This document shows positions 14,434 to 26,289 of a stretch of DNA of 64,000 nucleotides, piece after piece. The number at the start of each line of letters is the position of its first letter. Position 1 is the first letter of the stretch. A program made the position numbers and the translations under genes. The stretch is taken from assembly GCF_009914755.1 (NCBI RefSeq), contig NC_060925.1; one strand, 5' to 3'. The DNA is from the human T2T-CHM13v2.0 reference genome, Homo sapiens. The notes beneath the pieces were generated by a model. The model was not told where the DNA came from and did not search any database. It saw only the letters and a program-made list of their open reading frames with translations.

Positions 14434-16812
14434 GCCTTCGTTGGAAACGGGATTTCTTCATATTATGCTAGACAGAAGAATTCTCAGTAACTTCCTTGTG
14501 TTGTGTGTATTCAACTGACAGAGTTGAACTTTCATTTAGAGAGAACAGATTTGAAACACTGTTTTTGTGGAATTTGCAAGTGGAGATTTCAAGCGCTTTG
14601 GGGCCAAAGGCAGAAAAGGAAATATCTTCGTATAAGCACTAGACAGAGTCATTCTCAGAAACTGCTGCGTGATGTGTGCGTCCAACTCTCAGAGTTTAAC
14701 TTTCCTTTTCATTCAGCGGTTTGGAAACACTCTGTTTGTAAAGTCTGCACGTGGATATTTTGACCACTTAGAGGCCTTCGTTGGAAACGGGTTTTTTTCA
14801 TGTAAGGCTAGACAGAAGAATTCCCAGTAACTTCCTTGTGTTGTGTGCATTCAACTCACAGAGTTGAACGTTCCCTTAGACAGAGCAGATTTGAAACACT
14901 CTATTTGTGCAATTTGCAAGTGTAGATTTCAAGCGCTTTAAGGTCAATGGCAGAAAAGGAAATATCTTCGTTTCAAAACTAGACAGAATCATTCCCACAA
15001 ACTGCGTTGTGATGTGTTCGTTCAACTCACAGAGTTTAACCTTTCTGTTCATAGAGCAGTTAGGAAACACTCTGTTTGTACAGTCTGTAAGTGGATATTC
15101 TGACATCTTGTGGCCTTCGTTGGAAACTGGATTTCTCCATATTCTACTAGACAGAAGAATTCTCAGTAACTTCCTTGTGTTGTGTGTATTCAACTCACAG
15201 AGTTGAACGATCCTTTACACAGAGCAGACTTGAAACACTCTTTTTGTGGAATTTGCAAGTGGAGATTTCAGCCGCTTTGAGGTCAATGTTAGAATAGGAA
15301 ATATCTTCCTATAGAAACTAGACAGAATGATTCTCAGAAACTCCTTTGTGATGTGTGCGTTCAACTCACAGAGTTTAACCTTTCTTTTCATAGAGCAGTT
15401 AGGAAACACTCTGTTTGTAAAGTCTGCAAGTGGATATTCAGACCTCCTTGAGGCCTTCGTTGGAAACGGGATTTCTTCATATTCTGCTAGACAGAAGAAT
15501 TCTCAGTAACTTCCTTGTGTTGTGTGTATTCAACTCACAGAGTTGAACGATCCTTTACACAGAGCAGACTTGAAACACTCTTTTTGTGGAATTTGCAAGT
15601 GGAGATTTCAGCCGCTTTGAGGTCAATGTTAGAATATGAAATATCTTCCTATAGAAACTAGACAGAATGATTCTCAGAAACTCCTTTGTGATGTGTGCGT
15701 TCAACTCACAGAGTTTAACCTTGCTTTTCATAGAGCAGTTAGGAAACACTCTGTGTGTAAAGTCTGCAAGTGGATATTCAGACCTCCTTGAGGCCTTCGT
15801 TGGAAACGGGATTTCTTCATATTCTGCTAGACAGAAGAATTCTCAGTAACTTCGTTGTGTTGTTTGTATTCAACTCACAGAGTTGAACGATCCTTTACAC
15901 AGAGCAGACTTGAAACACTCTTTTTGTGGAATTTGCAAGTGGAGATTTCAGCCGCTTTGAGGTCAATGGTAGAAAAGGAAATATCTTCGTATAAAGACTA
16001 GACAGAATGATTCTCAGAAACTCCTTTGTGATGTGTGCGTTCAACTCACAGAGTTTAACCTTTCTTTTCATAGAGCAGTTAGGAAACACTCTGTTTGTAA
16101 AGTCTGCAAGTGGATATTCAGACCTCCTTGAGGCCTTCGTTGGAAACGGGATTTCTTCATATTATGCTAGACAGAAGAATTCTCAGTAACTTCCTTGTGT
16201 TGTGTGTATTCAACTCACAGAGTTGAACGATCCTTTACACAGAGCAGACTTGAAACACTCTTTTTGTGGAATTTGCAAGTGGAGATTTCAGCCGCTTTGA
16301 GGTCAATGGTAGAATAGGAAATATCTTCCTATAGAAACTAGACAGAATGATTCTCAGAAACTCCTTTGTGATGTGTGCGTTCAACTCACAGAGTTTAACC
16401 TTTCTTTTCATAGAGCAGTTAGGAAACACTCTGTTTGTAAAGTCTGCAAGTGGATATTCAGACCTCTTTGAGGCCTTCGTTGGAAACGGGATTTCTTCAT
16501 ATTATGCTAGACAGAAGAATTCTCAGTAACTTCCTTTTGTTGTGTGTATTCAACTGACAGAGTTGAACTTTCATTTAGAGAGAGCAGATTTGAAACACTG
16601 TTTTTGTGGAATTTGCAAGTGGAGATTTCAAGCGCTTTGAGGCCAAAGGCAGAAAAGGAAATATCTTCGTATAAAAACTAGACAGAATAATTCTCAGAAA
16701 CTGCTGCGTGATGTGTGCGTTCAACTCTCAGAGTTTAACTTTTCTTTTCATTCAGCGGTTTGGAAACACTCTGTTTGTAAAGTCTGCACGTGGATATTTT
16801 GACCACTTAGAG

Positions 16813-17310
16813 TTTAACGTTTCTTTTCATAGAGCAGTTAGTAAACACTCTGTTTATAAAGTCTGCAAGTGGATATTCAGACCCCTTTGAGGCCTTTGTT
16901 GGAAACGGAATTTCTTCATATTCTGCTAGACAGAAGAATTCTCAGTAACTTCCTTGTGTTGTGTGTATTCAACTGACAGAGTTGAACTTTCATTTAGAGA
17001 GAGCAGATTTGAAACACTGTTTTTGTGGAATTTGCAAGTGGAGATTTCAAGCGCTTTGGGGCCAAAGGCAGAAAAGGAAATATCTTCGTATAAAAACTAG
17101 ACAGAATCATTCTCAGAAACTGCTGCGTGATGTGTGCGTTCAACTCTCAGAGTTTAACTTTTCTTTTCATTCAGCGGTTTGGAAACACTCTGTTTGTAAA
17201 GTCTGCACGTGGATATTTTGACCACTTAGAGTTTAACCTTTCTTTTCATAGAGCAGTTAGTAAACACTCTGTTTATAAAGTCTGCAAGTGGATATTCAGA
17301 CCCCTTTGAG
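16813..17310 (+). repeat. 79-bp partial monomer, copies 5 and 6 (16813-16891, 17232-17310)
   Basis: The junction occurs twice, 419 bp apart, each 4655 bp from copies 2 and 3. Confidence 0.93.
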
Positions 17311-19009
17311 GCCTTCGTTGGAAACGGGATTTCTTCATATTATGCTAGAAAGGAGAATTCTCAGTAACTTCCTTGTGTTGTGTGTATTCAACTGACAGAG
17401 TTGAACTTTCATTTAGAGAGAGCAGATTTGAAACACTGTTTTTGTGGAATTTGCAAGTGGAGATTTCAAGCGCTTTGGGGCCAAAGACAGAAAAGGAAAT
17501 ATCTTCGTATAAAAACTAGACAGAATCATTCTCAGAAACTGCTGCGTGATGTGTGCGTCCAACTCTCAGAGTTTAACTTTTCTTTTCATTCAGCGGTTTG
17601 GAAACACTCTGTTTGTAAAGTCTGCACGTGGATATTTTGACCACTTAGAGGCCTTCGTTGGAAACGGGTTTTTTTCATGTAAGGCTAGACAGAAGAATTC
17701 CCAGTAACTTCCTTGTGTTGTGTGCATTCAACTCACAGAGTTGAACGTTTCCTTAGACAGAGCAGAATTGAAACACTCTATTTGTGCAATTTGCAAGTGT
17801 AGATTTCAAGCGCTTTAAGGTCAATGGCAGAAAAGGAAATATCTTCGTTTCAAAACTAGACAGAATCATTCCCACAAACTGCGTTGTGATGTGTTCGTTC
17901 AACTCACAGAGTTTAACCTTTCTGTTCATAGAGCAGTTAGGAAACACTCTGTTTGTAAAGTCTGTAAGTGGATATTCTGACATCTTGTGGCCTTCGTTGG
18001 AAACTGGATTTCTCCATATTCTACTAGACAGAAGAATTCTCAGTAACTTCCTTGTGTTGTGTGTATTCAACTCACAGAGTTGAACGATCCTTTACACAGA
18101 GCAGACTTGAAACACTCTTTTTGTGGAATTTGCAAGTGGAGATTTCAGCCGCTTTGAGGTCAATGTTAGAATAGGAAATATCTTCCTATAGAAACTAGAC
18201 AGAATGATTCTCAGAAACTCCTTTGTGATGTGTGCGTTCAACTCACAGAGTTTAACCTTTCTTTTCATAGAGCAGTTAGGAAACACTCTGTTTGTAAAGT
18301 CTGCAAGTGGATATTCAGACCTCCTTGAGGCCTTCATTGGAAACGGGATTTCTTCATATTCTGCTAGACAGAAGAATTCTCAGTAACTTCCTTGTGTTGT
18401 GTGTATTCAACTCACAGAGTTGAACGATCCTTTACAGAGAGCAGACTTGAAACACTCTTTTTGTGGAATTTGCAAGTGGAGATTTCAGCCGCTTTGAGGT
18501 CAATGGTAGAATAGGAAATATCTTCCTATAGAAACTAGACAGAATGATTCTCAGAAAGTCCTTTGTGATGTGTGCGTTCAACTCACAGAGTTTAACCTTA
18601 CTTTTCATAGAGCAGTTAGGAAACACTCTGTTTGTAAAGTCTGCAAGTGGATATTCAGACCTCTATGAGGCCTTCGTTGGAAACGGGATTTCTTCATATT
18701 ATGCTAGACAGAAGAATTCTCAGTAACTTCCTTGTGTTGTGTGTATTCAACTGACAGAGTTGAACTTTCATTTAGAGGGAGCAGATTTGAAACACTGTTT
18801 TTGTGGAATTTGCAAGTGGAGATTTCAAACGCTTTGGGGCCAAAGGCAGAAAAGGAAACATCTTCGTATAAAAACTAGACAGAATCATTCTCAGAAACTG
18901 CTGCGTGATGTGTGCGTTCAACTCTCAGAGTTTAACTTTTCTTTTCATTCAGCGGCTTGGAAACACTCTGTTTGTAAAGTCTGCACGTGGATATTTTGAC
19001 CACTTAGAG

Positions 19010-19088
19010 TTTAACCTTTCTTTTCATAGAGCAGTTAGTAAACACTCTGTTTATAAAGTCTGCAAGTGGATATTCAGACCCCTTTGAG
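19010..19088 (+). repeat. 79-bp partial monomer, copy 7
   Basis: AGAG junction at 19006-19009, 4655 bp from copy 4. Confidence 0.93.
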
Positions 19089-19157
19089 GCCTTCGTTGGA
19101 AACGGGATTTCTTCATATTATGCTAGACAGAAGAATTCTCAGTAACTTCCTTGTGTT

Positions 19158-20176
19158 GTGTGTATTCAACTGACAGAGTTGAACTTTCATTTAGAGAGAA
19201 CAGATTTGAAACACTGTTTTTGTGGAATTTGCAAGTGGAGATTTCAAGCGCTTTGGGGCCAAAGGCAGAAAAGGAAATATCTTCGTATAAGCACTAGACA
19301 GAATCATTCTCAGAAACTGCTGCGTGATGTGTGCGTCCAACTCTCAGAGTTTAACTTTTCTTTTCATTCAGCGGTTTGGAAACACTCTGTTTGTAAAGTC
19401 TGCACGTGGATATTTTGACCACTTAGAGGCCTTCGTTGGAAACGGGTTTTTTTCATGTAAGGCTAGACAGAAGAATTCCCAGTAACTTCCTTGTGTTGTG
19501 TGCATTCAACTCACAGAGTTGAACGTTCCCTTAGACAGAGCAGATTTGAAACACTCTATTTGTGCAATTTGCAAGTGTAGATTTCAAGCGCTTTAAGGTC
19601 AATGGCAGAAAAGGAAATATCTTCGTTTCAAAACTAGACAGAATCATTCCCACAAACTGCGTTGTGATGTGTTCGTTCAACTCACAGAGTTTAACCTTTC
19701 TGTTCATAGAGCAGTTAGGAAACACTCTGTTTGTACAGTCTGTAAGTGGATATTCTGACATCTTGTGGCCTTCGTTGGAAACTGGATTTCTCCATATTCT
19801 ACTAGACAGAAGAATTCTCAGTAACTTCCTTGTGTTGTGTGTATTCAACTCACAGAGTTGAACGATCCTTTACACAGAGCAGACTTGAAACACTCTTTTT
19901 GTGGAATTTGCAAGTGGAGATTTCAGCCGCTTTGAGGTCAATGTTAGAATAGGAAATATCTTCCTATAGAAACTAGACAGAATGATTCTCAGAAACTCCT
20001 TTGTGATGTGTGCGTTCAACTCACAGAGTTTAACCTTTCTTTTCATAGAGCAGTTAGGAAACACTCTGTTTGTAAAGTCTGCAAGTGGATATTCAGACCT
20101 CTTTGAGGCCTTCGTTGGAAACGGGATTTCTTCATATTCTGCTGGACAGAAGAATTCTCAGTAACTCCCTTGTGTT
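19158..20176 (+). repeat. Single canonical 1019-bp 6-mer HOR unit
   Basis: B-dimer markers at 19158 and 20177, with one C and one A dimer between them. Confidence 0.88.
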
Positions 20177-23100
20177 GTGTGTATTCAACTGACAGAGTTG
20201 AACTTTCAATTAGAGGGAGCAGATTTGAAACACTGTTTTTGTGGAATTTGCAAGTGGAGATTTCAAACGCTTTGGGGCCAAAGGCAGAAAAGGAAATATC
20301 TTCGTATAAAAACTAGACAGAATCATTCTCAGAAACTGCTGCGTGATGTGTGCGTTCAACTCTCAGAGTTTAACTTTTCTTTTCATTCAGCGGTTTGGAA
20401 ACACTCTGTTTGTAAAGTCTGCACGTGGATATTTTGACCACTTAGAGGCCTTCGTTGGAAACGGGTTTTTTGCATGTAAGGCTAGACAGAAGAATTCCCA
20501 GTAACTTCCTTGTGTTGTGTGCATTCAACTCACAGAGTTGAACGTTCCCTTAGACAGAGCAGATTTGAAACACTCTATTTGTGCAATTTGCAAGTGTAGA
20601 TTTCAAGCGCTTTAAGGTCAAAGGCAGAAAAGGAAATATCTTCGTTTCAAAACTAGACAGAATCATTCCCACAAACTGCGTTGTGATGTGTTCGTTCAAC
20701 TCACAGAGTTTAACCTTTCTGTTCATAGAGCAGTTAGGAAACACTCTGTTTGTAAAGTCTGCAAGTGGATATTCAGACCTCTTTGAGGCCTTCGTTGGAA
20801 ACGGGATTTCTTCATATTCTGCTAGACAGAAGAATTCTCAGTAACTTCCTTGTGTTGTCTGTATTCAACTCACAGAGTTGAACGATCCTTTACACAGAGC
20901 AGACTTGAAACACTCTTTTTGTGGAATTTGCAAGTGGAGATTTCAGCCGCTTTGAGGTCAATGGTACAAAAGAAAATATCTTCGTATAAAGACTAGACAG
21001 AATGATTCTCAGAAACTCCTTTGTGATGTGTGCGTTCAACTCACAGAGTTTAACTTTTCTTTTCATAGAGCAGTTAGGAAACACTCTGTTTGTAAAGTCT
21101 GCAAGTGGATATTCAGACTTCTTTGAGGCCTTCGTTGGAAACGTGATTTCTTCATATTCTGCTAGACAGAAGAATTCTCAGTAACTTCCTTGTGTTGTGT
21201 GTATTCAACTCACAGAGTTGAACGATCCTTTACAGAGAGCAGACTTGAAACACTCTTTTTGTGGAATTTGCAAGTGGAGATTTCATCCGCTTTGAGGTTA
21301 ATGGTAGAAAAGGAAATATCTTCGTATAAAGACTAGACAGAATGATTCTCAGAAACTCCTTTGTGATGTGTGCGTTCAACTCACAGAGTTTAACTTTTCT
21401 TTTCATAGAGCAGTTAGGAAACACTCTGTTTGTAAAGTCTACAAGTGGATATTCAGACCTCTTTGAGGCCCTCGTTGGAAACGGGATTTCTTCATATTAT
21501 GCTAGACAGAAGAATTCTCAGTAACTTCCTTGTGTTGTGTGTATTCAACTCACAGAGTTGAACGATCCTTTACAGAGAGCAGACTTGAAACACTCTTTTT
21601 GTGGAATTTGCAAGTGGAGATTTCAGCCGCTTTGAGGTCAATGGTAGAATAGGAAATATCTTCATATAGAAACTAGACAGAATGATTCTCAGAAACTCCT
21701 TTGTGAAGTGTGCGTTCAACTCACAGAGTTTAACCTTTCTTTTCATGGAGCAGTTAGGAAACACTCTGTTTGTAAAGTCTGCAAGTGGATATTCAGACCT
21801 CTTTGAGGCCTTCGTTGGAAACGGCATTTCTTCATATTCTGCTAGACAGAAGAATTCTCAGTAACTTCCTTGTGTTGTGTGTATTCAACTCACAGACTTG
21901 AACGATCCTTTACACAGAGCAGACTTGAAACACTCTTTTTGTGGAATTTGCAAATGGAGATTTCAGCCGCTTTGAGGTCAATAGTAGAAAAGGAAATATC
22001 TTCGTAGAAAAACTAGACAGAATGATTCTCAGAAACTCCTTTGTGATGTGTGTGTTCAACCCACAGAGTTTAACCTTTCTTTTCATAGAGCAGTTAGTAA
22101 ACACTCTGTTTATAAAGTCTGCAAGTGGATATTCAGACCCCTTTGAGGCCTTCGTTGGAAACGGGATTTCTTCATATTATGCTAGACAGAAGAATTCTCA
22201 GTAACTTCCTTGTGTTGTGTGTATTCAACTGACAGAGTTGAACTTTCATTTAGAGAGAGCAGATTTGAAACACTGTTTTTGTGGAATTTGCAAGTGGAGA
22301 TTTCAAGCGCTTTGGGGCCAAAGGCAGAAAAGGAAATATCTTCGTATAAAAACTAGACAGAATCATTCTCAGAAACTGCTGCGTGATGTGTGTGTTCAAC
22401 TCTCAGAGTTTAACTTTTCTTTTCATTCAGCGGTTTGGAAACACTCTGTTTGTAAAGTCTGCACGTGGATATTTTGACCACTTAGAGGCCTTCGTTGGAA
22501 ACGGGTTTTTTGCATGTAAGGCTAGACAGAAGAATTCCCAGTAACTTCCTTGTGTTGTGTGCATTCAACTCACAGAGTTGAACGTTCCCTTAGACAGAGC
22601 AGATTTGAAACACTCTATTTGTGCAATTTGCAAGTGTACATTTCAAGCGCTTTAAGGTCAAAGGCAGAAAAGGAAATATCTTCGTTTCAAAACTAGACAG
22701 AATCATTCCCACAAACTGCGTTGTGATGTGTTCGTTCAACTCACAGAGTTTAACCTTTCTTTTCATAGAGCAGTTAGGAAACACTCTGTTTGTAAAGTCT
22801 GTAAGTGGATATTCTGACATCTTGTGGCCTTCGTTGGAAACGGGATTTCTTCATATTATGCTATACAGAAGAATTCTCAGTAACTTCCTTGTGTTGTCTG
22901 TATTCAACTCACAGAGTTGAACGATCCTTTACACAGAGCAGACTTGAAACACTCTTTTTGTGGAATTTGCAAGTGGAGATTTCAGCCGCTTTGAGGTCAA
23001 TGGTACAAAAGGAAATATCTTCGTATAAAGACTAGACAGAATGATTCTCAGAAACTCCTTTGTGATGTGTGCGTTCAACTCACAGAGTTTAACTTTTCTT

Positions 23101-26100
23101 TTCATAGAGCAGTTAGGAAACACTCTGTTTGTAAAGTCTGCAAGTGGATATTCAGACTTCTTTGAGGCCTTCGTTGGAAACGGGATTTCTTCATATTCTG
23201 CTAGACAGAAGAATTCTCAGTAACTTCCTTGTGTTGTGTGTATTCAACTCACAGAGTTGAACGATCCTTTACACAGAGCAGACTTGAAACACTCTTTTTG
23301 TGGAATTTGCAAGTGGAGATTTCAGCCGCTTTGAGGTCATTGGTAGAATAGGAAATATCTTCCTATAGAAACTAGACAGAATGATTCTCAGAAAGTCCTT
23401 TGTGATGTGTGCGTTCAACTCACAGAGTTTAACCTTTCTTTTCATAGAGCAGTTAGGAAACACTCTGTGTGTAAAGTCTGCAAGTGGATATTCAGACCTC
23501 TTTGAGGCCTTCGTTGGAAACGAGATTTCTTCATATTATGCTAGACAGAATAATTCTCAGTAACTTCCTTGTGTTGTGTGTATTCAACTCACAGAGTTGA
23601 ACGATCCTTTACAGAGAGCAGACTTGAAACACTCTTTTTGTGGAATTTGCAAGTGGAGATTTCAGCCGCTTTGAGGTCAATGGTACAATAGGAAATATCT
23701 TCCTATAGAAAATAGACAGAATGATTCTCATGAACTCCTTTGTGATGTGTGCGTTCAACTCACAGAGTTTAACCTTTCTTTTCATAGAGCAGTTAGGAAA
23801 CACTTTGCTTGTAAAGTCTGCAAGTGGATATTCAGACCTCTTTGAGGCCTTCGTTGGAAACGGGATTTCTTCATATTCTGCTAGACAGAAGAATTCTCAG
23901 TAACTTCCTTGTGTTGTGTGTATTCAACTGACAGAGTTGAACTTTCATTTAGAGAGAGCGGATTTGAAACACTGTTTTTGTGGATTTTGCAAGTGGAGAT
24001 TTCAAGCGCTTTGGGGCCAAAGGCAGAAAAGGAAATATCTTCGTATAAAAACTAGACACAATCATTCTCAGAAACTGCTGCGTGATGTGTGCGTTCAACT
24101 CTCAGAGTTTAACTTTTCTTTTCATTCAGCGGTTTGGAAACACTCTGTTTGTAAAGTCTGCACGTGGATATTTTGACCACTTAGAGACCTTCGTTGGAAA
24201 CGGGTTTTTTTCATGTAAGGCTAGACAGAAGAATTCCCAGTAACTTCCTTGTGTTGTGTGCATTCAACTCACAGAGTTGAACGTTCCCTTAGACAGAGCC
24301 GATTTGAAACACTCTATTTGTGCAATTGGCAAGTGTAGATTTCAAGCGCTTTAAGGTCAACGGCAGAAAAGGAAATATCTTCGTTTCAAAACTAGACAGA
24401 ATCATTCCCACAAACTGCGTTGTGATGTGTTCGCTCAACTCACAGAGTTTAACATTTCTGTTCATAGAGCAGTTAGGAAACACTCTGTTTGTAAAGTCTG
24501 TATGTGGATATTCTGACATCTTGTGGCCTTCGTTGGAAACGGGATTTCTTCATATTCTGCTAGACAGAAGAATTCTCAGTAACTTCCTTGTGTTGTGTGT
24601 ATTCAACTCACAGAGTTGAACGATCCTTTGCACACAGCAGACTTGAAACACTCTTTTTGTGTAATTTGCAAGTGGAGATTTCAGCCGCTTTGAGGTCAAT
24701 GGTAAAAAAGGAAACTATCTTCGTATAAAGATTAGACAGAATGATTCTCAGAAACTCCTTTGTGATGTGTGCGTTCAACTCACAGAGTTTAACTTTTCTT
24801 TTCATAGAGCAGTTAGGAAACACTCTGTTTGTAAAGTCTGCAAGTGGATATTCAGACCTCTTTGAGGCCTTCGTTGGAAACGGGATTTCTTCATATTATG
24901 CTAGACAGAATAATTCTCAGTAACTTCCTTGTGTTGTGTGTATTCAACTCACAGAGTTGAACGATCCTTTACACAGAGCAGACTTGAAACACTCTTTTTG
25001 TGGAATTTGCAAGTGGAGATTTCAGCCGCTTTGAGGTCAATGGTAGAATAGGAAATATCTTCCTATAGAAACTAGACAGAATGATTCTCAGAAACTCCTT
25101 TGTGATGTGTGCGTTCAACTCACAGAGTTTAACCTTTCTTTTCATAGAGCAGTTAGGAAACACTCTGTTTGTAAACTCTGCAAGTGGATATTCAGACCTC
25201 CTTGAGGCCTTCGTTGGAAACGGGATTTCTTCATATTCTGCTAGACAGAAGAATTCTCAGTAACTTCCTTGTGTTGTGTGTATTCAACTCACAGAGTTGA
25301 ACGATCCTTTACACAGAGCAGACTTGAAAAACTCTTTTTGTGGAATTTGCAAGTGGAGATTTCAGCCGCTTTGAGGTCAATGGTAGAAAAGGAAATATCT
25401 TCGTATAAAGACTAGACAGAATGATTCTCAGAAACTCCTTTGTGATGTGTGCGTTCAACTAACAGAGTTTAACCTTTCTTTTCATAGAGCAGTTAGGAAA
25501 CACTCTGTTTGTAAAGTCTGCAAGTGGATATTCAGACCTCCTTGAGTCCTTCGTTGGCAACAGGATTTCTTCCTATTCTGCTAGACAGAAGAATTCTCAG
25601 TAACTTCCTTGTGTTGTGTGTATTCAACTCACAGAGTTGAACTTTCATTTAGAGAGAGCAGATTTGCAACACTGTTTTTGTGGAATTTGCAAGTGGAGAT
25701 TTCAAGCGCTTTGGGGCCAAAGGCAGAAAAGGAAATATCTTCGTATAAAAACTAGACAGAATCATTCTCAGAAACTGCTGCGTGATGTGTGCGTTCAACT
25801 CTCAGAGTTTAACTTTTCTTTTCATTCAGCGGTTTGGAAACACTCTGTAAAGTCTGCACGTGGATATTTTGACCACTTAGAGGCCTTCGTTGGAAACGGT
25901 TTTTTTTTATGTAAGGCTAGACAGAAGAATTCCCAGTAACTTCCTTGTGTTGTGTGCATTCAACTCACAGAGTTGAACTTTCCCTTAGACGGAGCAGATT
26001 TGAAACACTCTATTTGTGCAATTTGCAAGTGTAGATTTCAAGCGCTTTAAGGTCAATGGCAGAAAAGGAAATATCTTCGTTTCAAAACTAGAGAGAATCA

Positions 26101-26289
26101 TTCCCACAAACTGCGTTGTGATGTGTTCGTTCAACTCACAGAGTTTAACCTTTCTGTTCATAGAGCAGTTAGGAAACACTCTGTTTGTAAAGTCTGTAAG
26201 TGGATATTCTGACATCTTGTGGCCTTCGTTGGAAACGGGATTTCTTCATATTCTGCTAGACAGAAGAATTCTCAGTAACTTCCTTGTGT

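Larger units (their letters stand above)
10700..20050 (+). repeat. Tandem duplication of a 4655-bp block
   Basis: Constant offset of 4655 (10900/15555, 12158/16813, 13098/17753, 14503/19158, 15215/19870) with shared rare variants such as gtacagtctg, taagcactag and agcggcttgg. Confidence 0.92.
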
